This document shows positions 11,177 through 20,885 of a stretch of 64,000 nucleotides of DNA, piece after piece; within the stretch, counting starts at the first letter, position 1; each line of letters begins with the position of its first letter. Position numbers and translations under genes: made by a program. Source of the DNA: Chamaesiphon sp. OTE_75_metabat_95 (GTDB lineage Bacteria; Cyanobacteriota; Cyanobacteriia; Cyanobacteriales; Chamaesiphonaceae); assembly GCA_031387665.1 (NCBI GenBank), contig JANNDL010000195.1, forward strand, positions 113 through 64,112. The letters run 5' to 3'. The notes under the pieces were generated by a model. It was not told where the DNA came from. It saw only the letters and a program-made list of their open reading frames with translations, and did no database searches.

Positions 11177-11260
11177 TCGGATCATTACTAAAAGTAGATC
11201 GATCGACCAAATTTGGGCAACCTAAAGCAATAGTAGTAGCACAAATTTTGGTCATCGATC

Positions 11261-12439
11261 ATGGTAAACTCCCGTAACTTTCCGGCACCACCGCCACCTG
11301 CACCGAGCTTATCCACACACTTTCCACCTGCCCCAGCCCCCGCCAAAGCTGCCCCCGTCAGCTACCCCCTCCCACCAGGACAGCCCACGATTGGTGAACT
11401 AGTAGCGGAAGCTTTTGATGCTGGCTATTCAGACGTACACGTAGGTGTCGGTGAAATTCCCAGGTTTCGGAATCGGGGTGAAATTCAAACCACTGAATAC
11501 CCCGAAACAGATCTAGCAACTTTCATGGCATGGCTGCATGAAGTCCTAAACGAGGAAGAGATTCGCAAATTCCGTGAGAATTTAGACTTTGATGGTGCTA
11601 CCCAGTATGAATTTGCACGGGTGCGGATCAATTTATTTGACTCGCTGTACGGCTATGGGATGGTGATGCGACTGATTCCGATGCAGATCGCTACCTTGGA
11701 GGAGTTGCGCTTGCCCGCCGTCTTCCGCGATGTCTGCCATCAGCACAAAGGCTTAATTCTCGTCACTGGGCCAACGGGTTCGGGTAAATCGACGACAATG
11801 GCGGCGATGGTGGATTATATGAACAAGGAGATGCCGCGTCACATTATCACGATCGAAGATCCGATCGAATTTATCCACAAAAGTAGACGCGCACTGATTA
11901 AGCATCGGGAAGTTGGCTCGAATACGCTGTTTTTTGATACTGCTCTCAAAGCAGCTCTGCGGGAAGATCCTGACGTGATCCTCGTCGGGGAAATGCGCGA
12001 TCGGGAAACGGTCAATACCGCCCTCAAAGCCGCTCAGACTGGTCACTTAGTCATCGGCACTCTGCACACCAACAGCGCGATCAAAACGATCGAGCGGATC
12101 CTCAACCTGTTCAAGCCAGAAGAACAATCTGTCATGCGGGTATCGATCGCTGAATCCCTGGTGGGGATTATCTCCCAAGGATTATGCCGAACTACCGACG
12201 GCAAACGAGCGGCTTATCACGATATCTTGATCAATACCGAAACAGTCAAAGACTATATTCGGGACGGTAAATATGATGACATCGCGCCACTGATGACAGA
12301 TGGCGAGTTTGATGGGATGCTCACCATGAACAAATCCTTATTTGCACTTTACCAAGAAGGTCGGATTACTGAAGAGACAGCTCTCGAACTCTCACCCACC
12401 CCAAATGAAATGGCAATGATGTTGCGTGGCAAGATCTAG
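11261..12439 (+). CDS. pilT: Type IV pilus retraction ATPase, PilT family, with a Pro/Ala-rich N-terminal extension
   Basis: Walker A is GPTGSGKSTT. ITIEDPIEF, the Asp box VILVGEMRD and the His box GHLVIGTLHTNSA are typical of PilT/PilU. Confidence 0.88.
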   Translation: MVNSRNFPAPPPPAPSLSTHFPPAPAPAKAAPVSYPLPPGQPTIGELVAEAFDAGYSDVHVGVGEIPRFRNRGEIQTTEYPETDLATFMAWLHEVLNEEEIRKFRENLDFDGATQYEFARVRINLFDSLYGYGMVMRLIPMQIATLEELRLPAVFRDVCHQHKGLILVTGPTGSGKSTTMAAMVDYMNKEMPRHIITIEDPIEFIHKSRRALIKHREVGSNTLFFDTALKAALREDPDVILVGEMRDRETVNTALKAAQTGHLVIGTLHTNSAIKTIERILNLFKPEEQSVMRVSIAESLVGIISQGLCRTTDGKRAAYHDILINTETVKDYIRDGKYDDIAPLMTDGEFDGMLTMNKSLFALYQEGRITEETALELSPTPNEMAMMLRGKI

Positions 12440-12537
12440 CTAAGATTTTTAATTGCAACTGCGATCGGGAACACAAAACTTAATTAAAAGTCATAAGCTA
12501 TATATCAGTGCTTATCCTTATTAATTAAGTTTTTCCC

Positions 12538-13191
12538 ATGTCTAGATCTATCTTCCAAAAATCAATCGCCGCAACTCTGGGTGTAGCGATTGTTTCAACA
12601 GGTTTATTCTCCGGTATTTCTAGCAATGCTCAGGCACCAACTCCCTCCGCCAGCCCCATGCCTGCTGGTGGTACGATGACTAAGCCTGCTGGTGGTACGA
12701 TGACCAAGCCTGCTGATGGTACAATGACCAAGCCTGCTGAAACCATGACCAAGCCTGCAAAAGCTGGCAAAACCATCGTCGATCTTGCTGTTGGTAACAA
12801 GTCTTTCTCCACCTTAGTTGCTGCGCTGAAAGCGGCAGATCTAGTAGATACCCTAGCTGGTGAAGGTCCTTTCACCGTATTTGCACCAACAAATGCAGCA
12901 TTTGCAAAATTACCTAAAGCTACTCTAGCTAACTTGCTCAAGCCTGAAAACAAAGAGCAACTCAAAAAAATCTTGACTTACCATGTGGTTTCTGGCGCAG
13001 TTACCGCCAAAATGCTCAAGTCAGGCCCAGTTGATTCCGTCGAAGGTAGTAAAATTGCTGTCAAAGTAGCTAAAAAAGGCTCAAAAATGAGCGTTAGAGT
13101 TAACAACGCTAACGTCATTCAAGCTAATGTTAAAGCTAGCAATGGTTATATTCATGCGATCGATACCGTGATCATGCCTCCTGCAAACTAG
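12538..13191 (+). CDS. Secreted fasciclin (FAS1) domain protein with an N-terminal tandem peptide repeat
   Basis: A signal peptide is followed by (A/P)(A/G)GGTMTKP repeated about four times. A FAS1 domain follows ([28 protein letters not shown]...[11 protein letters not shown]...LTYHVVSG...[13 protein letters not shown]). Confidence 0.85.
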   Translation: MSRSIFQKSIAATLGVAIVSTGLFSGISSNAQAPTPSASPMPAGGTMTKPAGGTMTKPADGTMTKPAETMTKPAKAGKTIVDLAVGNKSFSTLVAALKAADLVDTLAGEGPFTVFAPTNAAFAKLPKATLANLLKPENKEQLKKILTYHVVSGAVTAKMLKSGPVDSVEGSKIAVKVAKKGSKMSVRVNNANVIQANVKASNGYIHAIDTVIMPPAN

Positions 13192-13266
13192 TGGTTAGGA
13201 TTTCCGATCACACTTTTGTGCTAAGACTATATAAATATTTATTACGTTAACTTAGCATCTGCAAAG

Positions 13267-13296
13267 AAGGGTACTTGTTATGAGTACTCTTTTTTG
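13267..13296 (+). terminator. Probable rho-independent terminator downstream of the fasciclin gene
   Basis: An AAGGGTACT / AGTACTCTT stem with one mismatch is followed by a T-run. Confidence 0.45.
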
Positions 13297-13685
13297 ATCT
13301 GGTTATAGCTTCTTGATTGAGATCAACGACTAGTCCCTAGACTCATCAGTCTTATTTATAATTGTGAGTAAATATACTTATTAAATTATGAACTTCTCAA
13401 GCCATTCTCGACCTCAAGTAATTTGTGACGATCTACCGAAACATTGATAAATAAGCACTTTCCGCAAGATATCTAGATCGTCAAAAACTTCCAATTATTA
13501 ACAGATTTCGATCGACATTGATGAGTCGTTAGATTAATAATAATGTAAAGTTTTTTGAACATAATCACTTTTTTCCGGATGGATTAATTATATTGATAGC
13601 AACAGGTTAAATTGATCCCCGATATGGGATTGACCAAAACACATCAGTTTTAGCCAGTATCCATCTAGTAGCCGGAGTCACCAAA

Positions 13686-14060
13686 ATGCAATTAACTCAA
13701 AACCGTGCCATTCACAAAAGCCGTTACGTCGCTATGGCTAAGAGCTTCTTGATTTGGTGCTTCGCGCTGACAGTAACCCTATTAGTCGTTGGCTTCCCAT
13801 TAGTTGTCTTGATGGCTACGATTGGAGCATTGCTCTCTATTACCTTGCACCCGATTCTCCCTGTGAGCGCGGTCTTGCTCGTAGCTGGCGGTACAATCGC
13901 CCTCAATATTCTCGCTGTAATCGTTGGAGCCGCAGTTCTAACAACTAAAGGCATTCACCCTCATGAAGTTCGCTGGTTGAGCTGGTTGCACGGTGACGCA
14001 AATCCCGTCAGCACCACTACTTATGCCACTTGCCCACTCACCTGTGACATTGATTCCTAA
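13686..14060 (+). CDS. Hypothetical small integral membrane protein
   Basis: 124-aa ORF with three hydrophobic helices. An internal ATG (MAKSFLIW) is a possible true start. A clear terminator lies downstream. Confidence 0.5.
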   Translation: MQLTQNRAIHKSRYVAMAKSFLIWCFALTVTLLVVGFPLVVLMATIGALLSITLHPILPVSAVLLVAGGTIALNILAVIVGAAVLTTKGIHPHEVRWLSWLHGDANPVSTTTYATCPLTCDIDS

Positions 14061-14102
14061 GCAATTAGTTTCGGCTCACTCATTTTAAGTATTCTCATCT
14101 AG

Positions 14103-14127
14103 GCTCGGCTAAACACCGAGCTTTTTT
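14103..14127 (+). terminator. Rho-independent terminator
   Basis: GCTCGG-CTAAACA-CCGAGC followed by TTTTTT. Confidence 0.7.
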
Positions 14128-14230
14128 GTATTCTGTTTGAATGCAGAAGTACGGCGATCGTCATGAGATAATCAGAATGTACGAGTTTTAAATTAAAATT
14201 CAACTATCGATCGTTCAGATGTGGTGTTTC

Positions 14231-14267
14231 TCCCCCATCTCCCCATCTCCCCATCTCCCTATCCCCC
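14231..14267 (+). repeat. G-free tandem octamer array (CCCCATCT)n abutting the wecB start codon
   Basis: TCCCCCATCTCCCCATCTCCCCATCTCCCTATCCCCC lies immediately before ATG 14268. The period is 8 and the 37 nt contain no G. Confidence 0.85.
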
Positions 14268-15371
14268 ATGATCCGCATCTGTTTCACCCTGGGAACTCGT
14301 CCTGAAGCGATTAAATTAGCCCCTGTCATACGGGCATTCAAAGCATCGCCCAAATTTACCACCCAGGTAGTGTTAACTGGACAGCACCGAGAGATGGTAG
14401 CGCAGGTGATGGAGATTTTTGGGTTGACAGCCGATCGAGATTTGGATATCATGCAGCATCAGCAAACGCTGACAGATATTACCTACCGCAGCCTCCAGGG
14501 GCTAGAGCGGCTGTTTCAAGAGATTAGCCCGCAACTCGTCATCGTCCAAGGTGACACTACTACCGCCTTTGCAGCAGCCTTAGCCGCATTCTACCAGCAA
14601 ATTCCGATCGGACATGTTGAAGCGGGACTGAGAACAGACAATCTCTTCAATCCCTATCCAGAAGAAGCCAACCGGAGATTGATATCCCAAATCGCTCAGT
14701 TACATTTCGCGCCGACTAGTCTCGCTGTGGAAAATCTCCAGAAATCAGGCGTAACAGGCAAAATTTACGAGACTGGCAATACCGTCATTGATGCACTGCT
14801 AACTGTCGCCAAATCTCAGCCTGCTTGCGATATCCCTGGTTTAGACTGGCACAAGTATCGAACTATTCTCGCCACCGTTCACCGTCGCGAAAACTGGGGC
14901 GAACCATTGCAAAGTATCGCAGCAGGAATGCTCCAAATTCTGGAACAGTTTCCCGATACGGCACTGTTACTACCTCTACATCGAAATCCAACGGTAAGAG
15001 AGCCGCTCACACAAATTTTGGGCAACCATCCTCGTGTATTTTTGACTGAGCCGCTCGACTATACTCAGCTCGTCGGTGCCATTCAACGTAGTTATTTAGT
15101 ACTTTCTGATTCTGGTGGGCTACAGGAAGAAGCTCCCAGCTTGGGCAAACCTGTGTTGGTATTGCGAGATACTACCGAGCGTCCTGAAGCCGTCACTGGT
15201 GGCACGGCAAAGTTGGTTGGTACTGATGCTGCAACTATTTTTGCCGCTGCGAGTGAATTACTCAGCAATTCAGGAGCTTACCAAGCGATGGCAACTGCGA
15301 TTAATCCATTCGGAGATGGAACTGCTTCAACGCAGATTTTAGCGGCTGTAGAGAAGTTGTTTGGAGTGTGA
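14268..15371 (+). CDS. wecB: UDP-N-acetylglucosamine 2-epimerase (non-hydrolysing)
   Basis: MIRICFTLGTRPEAIKLAPV...LTGQHREM...QGDTTTAFAAALAAFY...GHVEAGLRT...HRRENWG...SDSGGLQEEAPSLGKPVLVLRDTTERPE. Confidence 0.92.
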   Translation: MIRICFTLGTRPEAIKLAPVIRAFKASPKFTTQVVLTGQHREMVAQVMEIFGLTADRDLDIMQHQQTLTDITYRSLQGLERLFQEISPQLVIVQGDTTTAFAAALAAFYQQIPIGHVEAGLRTDNLFNPYPEEANRRLISQIAQLHFAPTSLAVENLQKSGVTGKIYETGNTVIDALLTVAKSQPACDIPGLDWHKYRTILATVHRRENWGEPLQSIAAGMLQILEQFPDTALLLPLHRNPTVREPLTQILGNHPRVFLTEPLDYTQLVGAIQRSYLVLSDSGGLQEEAPSLGKPVLVLRDTTERPEAVTGGTAKLVGTDAATIFAAASELLSNSGAYQAMATAINPFGDGTASTQILAAVEKLFGV

Positions 15372-15484
15372 CTATAGAACCCATTTGAGATCTTTTTAGA
15401 TCCTAGTGAAGGAGGGTAGGTTTTGTTTAAGACCTAACAGTAAGATCGATATTAGGTTGCATGAACCTACCCCTACAGATCCAT
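15372..15484. repeat. About 113-bp dispersed hairpin-forming element, copy 1
   Basis: CTATAGAACCCATTTGAGATCT...GGAGGGTAGGTTTTGTTTAAG...AACCTACCCCTACAGATCCAT. A near-identical copy lies at 49091-49202 and an inverted half-copy at about 49381-49436. An internal GGGTAGGTT/AACCTACCC stem is present. Confidence 0.8.
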
Positions 15485-15516
15485 ATCATTCCTAACTCCC
15501 AACTCCCAACGACTAG

Positions 15517-16764
15517 ATGCTATTCCTGATCTTTGTTTGCTGTCTGGCTATTTATGTCGCCTGTAATCTAGGCGCGAATGATGTTGCCAATTCGATGGGG
15601 ACTTCGGTTGGCTCGAAGGCTGTTACCCTGACTCAAGCGATTGTGATTGCGGGGGTGCTGGAATTTGCAGGTGCAGTATTATTTGGGCGACAAGTATCTT
15701 CGACATTGGCAATCAGTATTGCTAATCCCGATTTATTTGTTAGTCAGCCTCAAACCTTGATGTTGGGGATGATTGCGGTGTTAATTAGCTGTGGAGTGTG
15801 GTTGCAAATTGCTACTGCCAAACAATTGCCTGTCGCATCTTCCCATGCTGTTGTCGGCGCAATTGCTGGATTTAGCTGGGTGGCTGCGGGTGCAGATGCG
15901 GTAAAATGGTCGGCATTAGGGACGATTTCGATCGCGTGGATAGTTACGCCTGTCGTGAGTGGGCTGGTGGCTGCTGGATTTTACTTGGTGATTAAACACT
16001 GGATTGTGGAGCAACCACAGCCGTTGTTGCAGCTAGATCAATGGATGCCGTGGCTATCATTGATTCTGGTAAGTGTGTTTGGAGTGATTGTTTTACCAAC
16101 TGTGGTAGAAACATTACCCACAGGATTTTTACCTGATGTGCCCCGCCATGATTTCGCCTTGGGGTTGGGCGGAATTGCTGCGTTGTCGATTACATTGGTA
16201 GGCTGGCAAAGATTAGCGCGCGAGACTGTCTCGGTTGATTCTGAAGCTAATCTAGCGGTTGAAAAGGAACTCGCAAGATTTCAACTGTTGAGTGCTTGCT
16301 GTGTGGCATTTGCTCATGGTTCAAATGATGTGGGCAATGCCATCGCTCCACTCGCGACAATTCTCTATATTCAAAGTACTGGAACTGTGCCCCAGTCTAG
16401 TCTAGAAATTCCGCTCTGGGTACTAGTGCTGGGTGGAGTCGGAATCGTGACTGGACTGGCGATTTGGGGTAAGCAAGTAATCGAGACGATTGGCGAGGGC
16501 ATCATCAAGCTCGAACCTAGTAGTGGTTTCGCAGCAGAACTAGCAACTGCTGCGACAATTCTAATTGCTTCGAGCTATGGGTTGCCTGTCTCTACTTCTC
16601 ACGCTCTCGTGGGAGCGGTGGTTGGAGTTGGTGCTGTCAAAAACTGGCGATCGGTTAATCTAAATACGCTAAGATCGATCGGTATGGCTTGGATTGTCAC
16701 GATTCCGATCGCTACCATACTTAGTGCTAGTATTTTTTCAATCCTGCGGTACTTGTTTGACTAA
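15517..16764 (+). CDS. Inorganic phosphate transporter, PiT (PHO4) family
   Basis: The signature is duplicated: GANDVANSMGTSVGS near the N-terminus and GSNDVGNAIAPL in the second half. The protein is polytopic. Confidence 0.9.
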   Translation: MLFLIFVCCLAIYVACNLGANDVANSMGTSVGSKAVTLTQAIVIAGVLEFAGAVLFGRQVSSTLAISIANPDLFVSQPQTLMLGMIAVLISCGVWLQIATAKQLPVASSHAVVGAIAGFSWVAAGADAVKWSALGTISIAWIVTPVVSGLVAAGFYLVIKHWIVEQPQPLLQLDQWMPWLSLILVSVFGVIVLPTVVETLPTGFLPDVPRHDFALGLGGIAALSITLVGWQRLARETVSVDSEANLAVEKELARFQLLSACCVAFAHGSNDVGNAIAPLATILYIQSTGTVPQSSLEIPLWVLVLGGVGIVTGLAIWGKQVIETIGEGIIKLEPSSGFAAELATAATILIASSYGLPVSTSHALVGAVVGVGAVKNWRSVNLNTLRSIGMAWIVTIPIATILSASIFSILRYLFD

Positions 16765-16813
16765 CCCACAAGACTAGCCATGCTAGCTTTGCTTCAACCC
16801 CAGAGCTGCTTAC

Positions 16814-16993
16814 TTATTTTCTGCCAAACTGGTGGAATCGGGTATCCAAGTTACATTCCAGACAGTAATACGGGTAAAGATTCACCTGTGATAGCAGATG
16901 ATCTAATTTGCCAACGCGATGTGTCCGGCGAACTTTGTCTGTTCCACATTTTGGACAGTTGTGAACAGCTTCCGATTTACTGACTGAGTTCAT
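16814..16993 (-). CDS. Small zinc-ribbon protein (59 aa), paralog 1
   Basis: MNSVSKSEAVHNCPKCGTDKVRRTHRVGKLDHLLSQVNLYPYYCLECNLDTRFHQFGRK. It has two CxxC pairs and is below the ORF-track size cut-off. The paralog at 17143-17319 supports it being real. Confidence 0.6.
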   Translation of the reverse strand: MNSVSKSEAVHNCPKCGTDKVRRTHRVGKLDHLLSQVNLYPYYCLECNLDTRFHQFGRK

Positions 16994-17142
16994 GGGTGTA
17001 ACACCTAGCTAATATAGAAAACCTATCTGCCTATGGTACCCATGAAATCAGCATACATAACGTAGTGTGTCCGCCATTTAACTTAAATCAATTGTTTCTC
17101 GATAAACTAGTAGTAGGTCTTTAGTGAGTCTAAATACCTCAA

Positions 17143-17319
17143 CTATTTTCTTCCAAAACAATGAAAGCGAACATCACAATCTTGGCAATAAAAGGGATAT
17201 AAATTCATTTTCGAGAATAATGTATCTCTTTTAGAACTCCGGTGAGTCCGACGAACTTGATTAGATCCGCAGTTAGAACAAGTACGAACAATTGCAATAT
17301 TATTTTCTGAACTTATCAT
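17143..17319 (-). CDS. Small zinc-ribbon protein (58 aa), paralog 2
   Basis: MISSENNIAIVRTCSNCGSNQVRRTHRSSKRDTLFSKMNLYPFYCQDCDVRFHCFGRK, with GGAG 8 nt upstream of the ATG. Both paralogs share the pattern CxxCG..(K/Q)VRRTHR...NLYP(Y/F)YCxxC..RFHxFGRK. Confidence 0.6.
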   Translation of the reverse strand: MISSENNIAIVRTCSNCGSNQVRRTHRSSKRDTLFSKMNLYPFYCQDCDVRFHCFGRK

Positions 17320-17524
17320 GGATGTTACTCCGAGAGAATAGAATGCTTTTATAGCTCCATGCTATCCAAGAATTATCGAAACCGTCTCCGCCATCTTGCT
17401 GAAATTATTTTTTAATTGTAAACTATTGACTATTTTATGCTTGTATAAATTGCAACAAAATTATTCAAAGGCTTGAGCAGCCAATGTTACAGCACGCACA
17501 TCGCACGTACATCAATCGAAAACA

Positions 17525-17926
17525 ATGTATCATAACCTAATTTTATTTGACGGGGTTTGCAATTTTTGCAACGCAGCAGTCCAGACAACGATTAAATTGG
17601 ACGAGAAAAAAACCTTTAAATTTGCAGCGATTCAGTCAAAATTGGGACAACAGCTCTATCATCAACATGGACTAGATCCCGTTGATATTCAAACGCTGAT
17701 GTTCGTTGACGGCGATAGGATTTTGACTAAGAGTGATGCTGTACTGGAAGTATTGGCGCGGCTCGATGGTGGCTGGCAATTATTGACTGGGTTTAGAGCG
17801 ATGCCAAAGCCATTCAGAGATTGGGCATATACTGAATTTGCACGTCAGCGGTTCTTACTATTTGGACGGCAAGAAACTTGTATGGTTCCCACTCCAGAAG
17901 TGCAGGAGCGGTTTATTGTGGACTAG
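17525..17926 (+). CDS. DCC1-like thiol-disulfide oxidoreductase (DUF393)
   Basis: The N-terminus LILFDGVCNFCNAAV carries the DxxCxxC motif. Confidence 0.8.
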   Translation: MYHNLILFDGVCNFCNAAVQTTIKLDEKKTFKFAAIQSKLGQQLYHQHGLDPVDIQTLMFVDGDRILTKSDAVLEVLARLDGGWQLLTGFRAMPKPFRDWAYTEFARQRFLLFGRQETCMVPTPEVQERFIVD

Positions 17927-18138
17927 GGGGACTTTGAATTCTAGAATTCGATCTTAGCCCCCTTCTTAAGGCAGGGTAGTTTCATACAAGAAAATAAAAA
18001 TGCACAAACCCCAGTGCTTAGTCTTCAACCCGTCGCCCTCACCCCGCCAGATCCTGCGGCTCCGGCTCCCCTCTCCCAACATTGGGAGAGGGGTTGGGGC
18101 CTACGCATAAAAAGTGGAATGCTCCCCTGTCTGTGTGT

Positions 18139-19698
18139 CTAAACTTTCGCGAGTTGTTTCACCTCAACTGGAGCGGTGAGAGCTTCTTCTAGCTCCGATT
18201 TACCCAGCCGTGCTTCGAGAATATTCATCACTTCGCGCCCAAAATCATTGGGATTGTCGCGGAAGGCTTGGAGACAAACTTCACCAAAGAATGAACCGAG
18301 TGGTTCGGGATTCCAGAGCAGTTTCTTGGCTACCCAGGGCATGTGACTCATGGGGTTGTAGCCTGGTTTAATTACATTATTTTTGAAGGCGTATTCTTCG
18401 AGGTGAGTATGGGGTTGTAAGCCGATAAAAAAGATCGCTGGTTCAACTTTATCTACGCCAAAGATTTTCTCCATTTCACGATGGTACGCGATCGTTTGAC
18501 GAATAGTTTCAAACCGTTCATCGATCACATTAAAGGAGTAATTGATCGATACCATATCTTCAAATCCAGCCGCTTTGAGATCGCGGCAATTTTGAAGGAC
18601 AGTGCGGAGATTATAGCCCATCCGCATTTTCCGAACTAATTCTTGAGAACCGCTGGTAATGCCAATCTCGAAGTAATTCATCCCTGTTTTAACCATCAAC
18701 TCACAGAGTTCGGGGGTGACATTATCAGCCCGAATATAGGCTGCCCATTTAATATCATCCATCCCACTAGCGATGATCTTTTGGAGTAGCTCGATCGCAT
18801 CGTCCATGTATTTCCGCGCTGGGATAAACTGAGCATCAGTAAACCAGAAATTCCGAATCCCGCGATCGTATAGTTGCCGCATTTCAGCTACTACTTCATC
18901 AGCCGGATTGATCCGTACCTGTTTACCTTCAATTACGGTATAAACACAGTAGCAACAGTTGTGAGGACAGCCGCGTTTTGTCTGGACACCGACATAGAAA
19001 TCTCGATCTTGGAGATAGTAGCTAAATTCTGGCCAGATTGTCTCAATATAATCATAGTTGCAGGCGGTCTTCTCGATCGGAGCTGGCGGCTCATGTACCA
19101 AGCCTTTGCGCGGTGCTTCCCCAACGACGTAGCAGCGTTCATGAGTCAGATCTTCAGCTCTGATAATCTTCTCCAGCAGGGCTTCACCTTCACCAATAGA
19201 GACGATCGATCCTTTTGGTAAACTTTTGGATAACTGCTCGTAGAAGACGCTGACAGCCCCACCACCGACGACTAATTTACTCTCAGGATTATACTTCTTG
19301 GCACGTTTGAGTCCCCGCTTAATCAAGGACATATTCCGCCACAGCTCGGTATAGTGACTACTGAGCATTCTCGCGCCACCTAATGCCCCCCGCAGCTTCT
19401 TGAGCGGGTTGCGATCGTAAAATACCTCAAACGAGTTCTGGAGCGGATTACCGCCCCTTCCACCGACGGGTGCGTAGATCTGGATATCCCGCCACGAGTA
19501 TACCAATAAATTGGGCTGGAACTCATCGATCGCCGCTTCCATTGCCGCCCCATAATCTAGTGGTGGTACTGCTCCTAAGTCAAATATTCGCTGCTGGACA
19601 TCAGGAAACTGTTTATGAACGTGGTCAGACAAGTATACAACCCCGATCGGGAAAATCGGATTACAGGGCAGGCGACAATAGAGAATTTTGGTAGTCAT
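18139..19698 (-). CDS. B12-binding-like / radical SAM domain protein (resembles the cyanobacterial Slr0320-type PSII high-light acclimation radical SAM family)
   Basis: The radical SAM motif CPHNCCYCVY lies in GVQTKRGCPHNCCYCVYTV. An N-terminal Rossmann-like region precedes it. The protein is 519 aa. Confidence 0.7.
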   Translation of the reverse strand: MTTKILYCRLPCNPIFPIGVVYLSDHVHKQFPDVQQRIFDLGAVPPLDYGAAMEAAIDEFQPNLLVYSWRDIQIYAPVGGRGGNPLQNSFEVFYDRNPLKKLRGALGGARMLSSHYTELWRNMSLIKRGLKRAKKYNPESKLVVGGGAVSVFYEQLSKSLPKGSIVSIGEGEALLEKIIRAEDLTHERCYVVGEAPRKGLVHEPPAPIEKTACNYDYIETIWPEFSYYLQDRDFYVGVQTKRGCPHNCCYCVYTVIEGKQVRINPADEVVAEMRQLYDRGIRNFWFTDAQFIPARKYMDDAIELLQKIIASGMDDIKWAAYIRADNVTPELCELMVKTGMNYFEIGITSGSQELVRKMRMGYNLRTVLQNCRDLKAAGFEDMVSINYSFNVIDERFETIRQTIAYHREMEKIFGVDKVEPAIFFIGLQPHTHLEEYAFKNNVIKPGYNPMSHMPWVAKKLLWNPEPLGSFFGEVCLQAFRDNPNDFGREVMNILEARLGKSELEEALTAPVEVKQLAKV

Positions 19699-20051
19699 TT
19701 AGATTAGGCTTTAGGATTTAGGACTAGGGTGGATAGGTTCCAGCGACTAGATTTGGGCTTAGTAGTTAAAAATATATATAGTATTTCGACCGTCTCATTC
19801 AGGAGATGATCTCTAGAAGAGATTCCACTGGCAAAGTTTATTAATGTCTTTAATATAACTTTACACAAATTTTTACCGGAAAGGTAGTGTCAGAATCAGA
19901 TTCGATTAATGGTATTTGCACCCAACTAACCAAAAGTAGAGAGTCTAAATCCCCACACCATACAACCCAATTCTCAATTCTCAATTCTCAATTAATTTAA
20001 CGATCCCCAGCTCGGTGAAAAAGTAGTATATCTTACAGCTTTGAACTAAAT

Positions 20052-20429
20052 ATGAGTGATACCTTAGTGAGGTCAATCTTTCTCTGGGCACCAGATGAAC
20101 TCCTCATTATGGCTCACGCACTCGATCCGTTACCATCAGATCATGATAGTGATGACATTTGTTGTTGCTATGTCAACAGCACCAGCCAGATTCAAGTTGC
20201 CAGAATTACCAATGTCCATAACTGGTATTTTGAGCGAGTTGTTTTTCCTGGACAACGACTAATCTTTGAGGCTCCGAGCTATGGCTATCTGGAAATTCAT
20301 ACTGGGATGATGGCGAGTTCGATTTTGTCTGACAAAATTCCTTGTCAACAGTTGACTGTGATGGGCGGCTGTGAACCAGTTGGTTTATTAACTCTAGCGA
20401 CAGCACCCCAGTTAGAATATGCTAGTTGA
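20052..20429 (+). CDS. DUF1830 domain protein
   Basis: CCCYVNSTSQIQVARITNVHNWYFERVVFPGQRLIFEAPS matches the conserved DUF1830 core. The true start is probably an internal ATG (MAHALDP). Confidence 0.7.
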   Translation: MSDTLVRSIFLWAPDELLIMAHALDPLPSDHDSDDICCCYVNSTSQIQVARITNVHNWYFERVVFPGQRLIFEAPSYGYLEIHTGMMASSILSDKIPCQQLTVMGGCEPVGLLTLATAPQLEYAS

Positions 20430-20526
20430 TCGATCGGGTAGACGGCTTGAGATCGCCCCGATCCCCAGACATGGTATAATCTCTGTCAACTATAATAACC
20501 GTGTTGGAAACAAGGATTAATAAAAT

Positions 20527-20664
20527 ATGGACGCAGCTCTAGTCATTGCTAAATTGCCAGAAGCATATGCCATCTTCGATCCGTTAGTCGATGTGCTCCC
20601 AATCATTCCAGTTCTATTTCTAGCCTTAGCCTTTGTTTGGCAAGCTGCTGTTGGTTTTCGCTAA
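20527..20664 (+). CDS. psbK: Photosystem II reaction centre protein K
   Basis: The 45-aa [48 protein letters not shown] is the canonical PsbK sequence. It is too short for the ORF track. Confidence 0.95.
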   Translation: MDAALVIAKLPEAYAIFDPLVDVLPIIPVLFLALAFVWQAAVGFR

Positions 20665-20701
20665 ATTTGGTTTTTGCTGAACATTGAAATTTTTGCGAAT
20701 C

Positions 20702-20734
20702 AGACATCCTCAAGTTGAGGGTGTCTATTTTTTT
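20702..20734 (+). terminator. Rho-independent terminator of psbK
   Basis: An AGACATCCTCAA / TTGAGGGTGTCT stem with one G-U pair is followed by ATTTTTTT. Confidence 0.7.
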
Positions 20735-20885
20735 GCAAAAGTCTGCGATCAAAGATCGGTTTACACAATTTTTTGGGCATATTAATAGTGCGAGCAACAC
20801 ATAGCATCGATCAATCTACAGTCAGCAGTGACTAGATTGTGAATGGAGCACCAGTCGTTGAGATCTGTATATTAGATTAGCATTC

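Noticed and set aside
12650-12760. Tandem ~24-nt DNA repeats that could look like a repeat array
   Set aside because: They lie in frame inside the fasciclin gene and encode the peptide repeat (A/P)(A/G)GGTMTKP. They have no spacers and no CRISPR-like structure.
14231-14267. 7-8-nt tandem arrays (also 15491-15510, 19968-19994, 25095-25119, 28693-28733, 45461-45499, 52434-52473) as CRISPR or other spacer-containing arrays
   Set aside because: The units are contiguous with no spacers and number only 2-6 copies, so they are simple short tandem repeats.
16780-16983. 67-aa plus-strand ORF from the track
   Set aside because: It has no recognisable features and overlaps the minus-strand zinc-ribbon ORF, which is supported by a conserved paralog 150 nt away.
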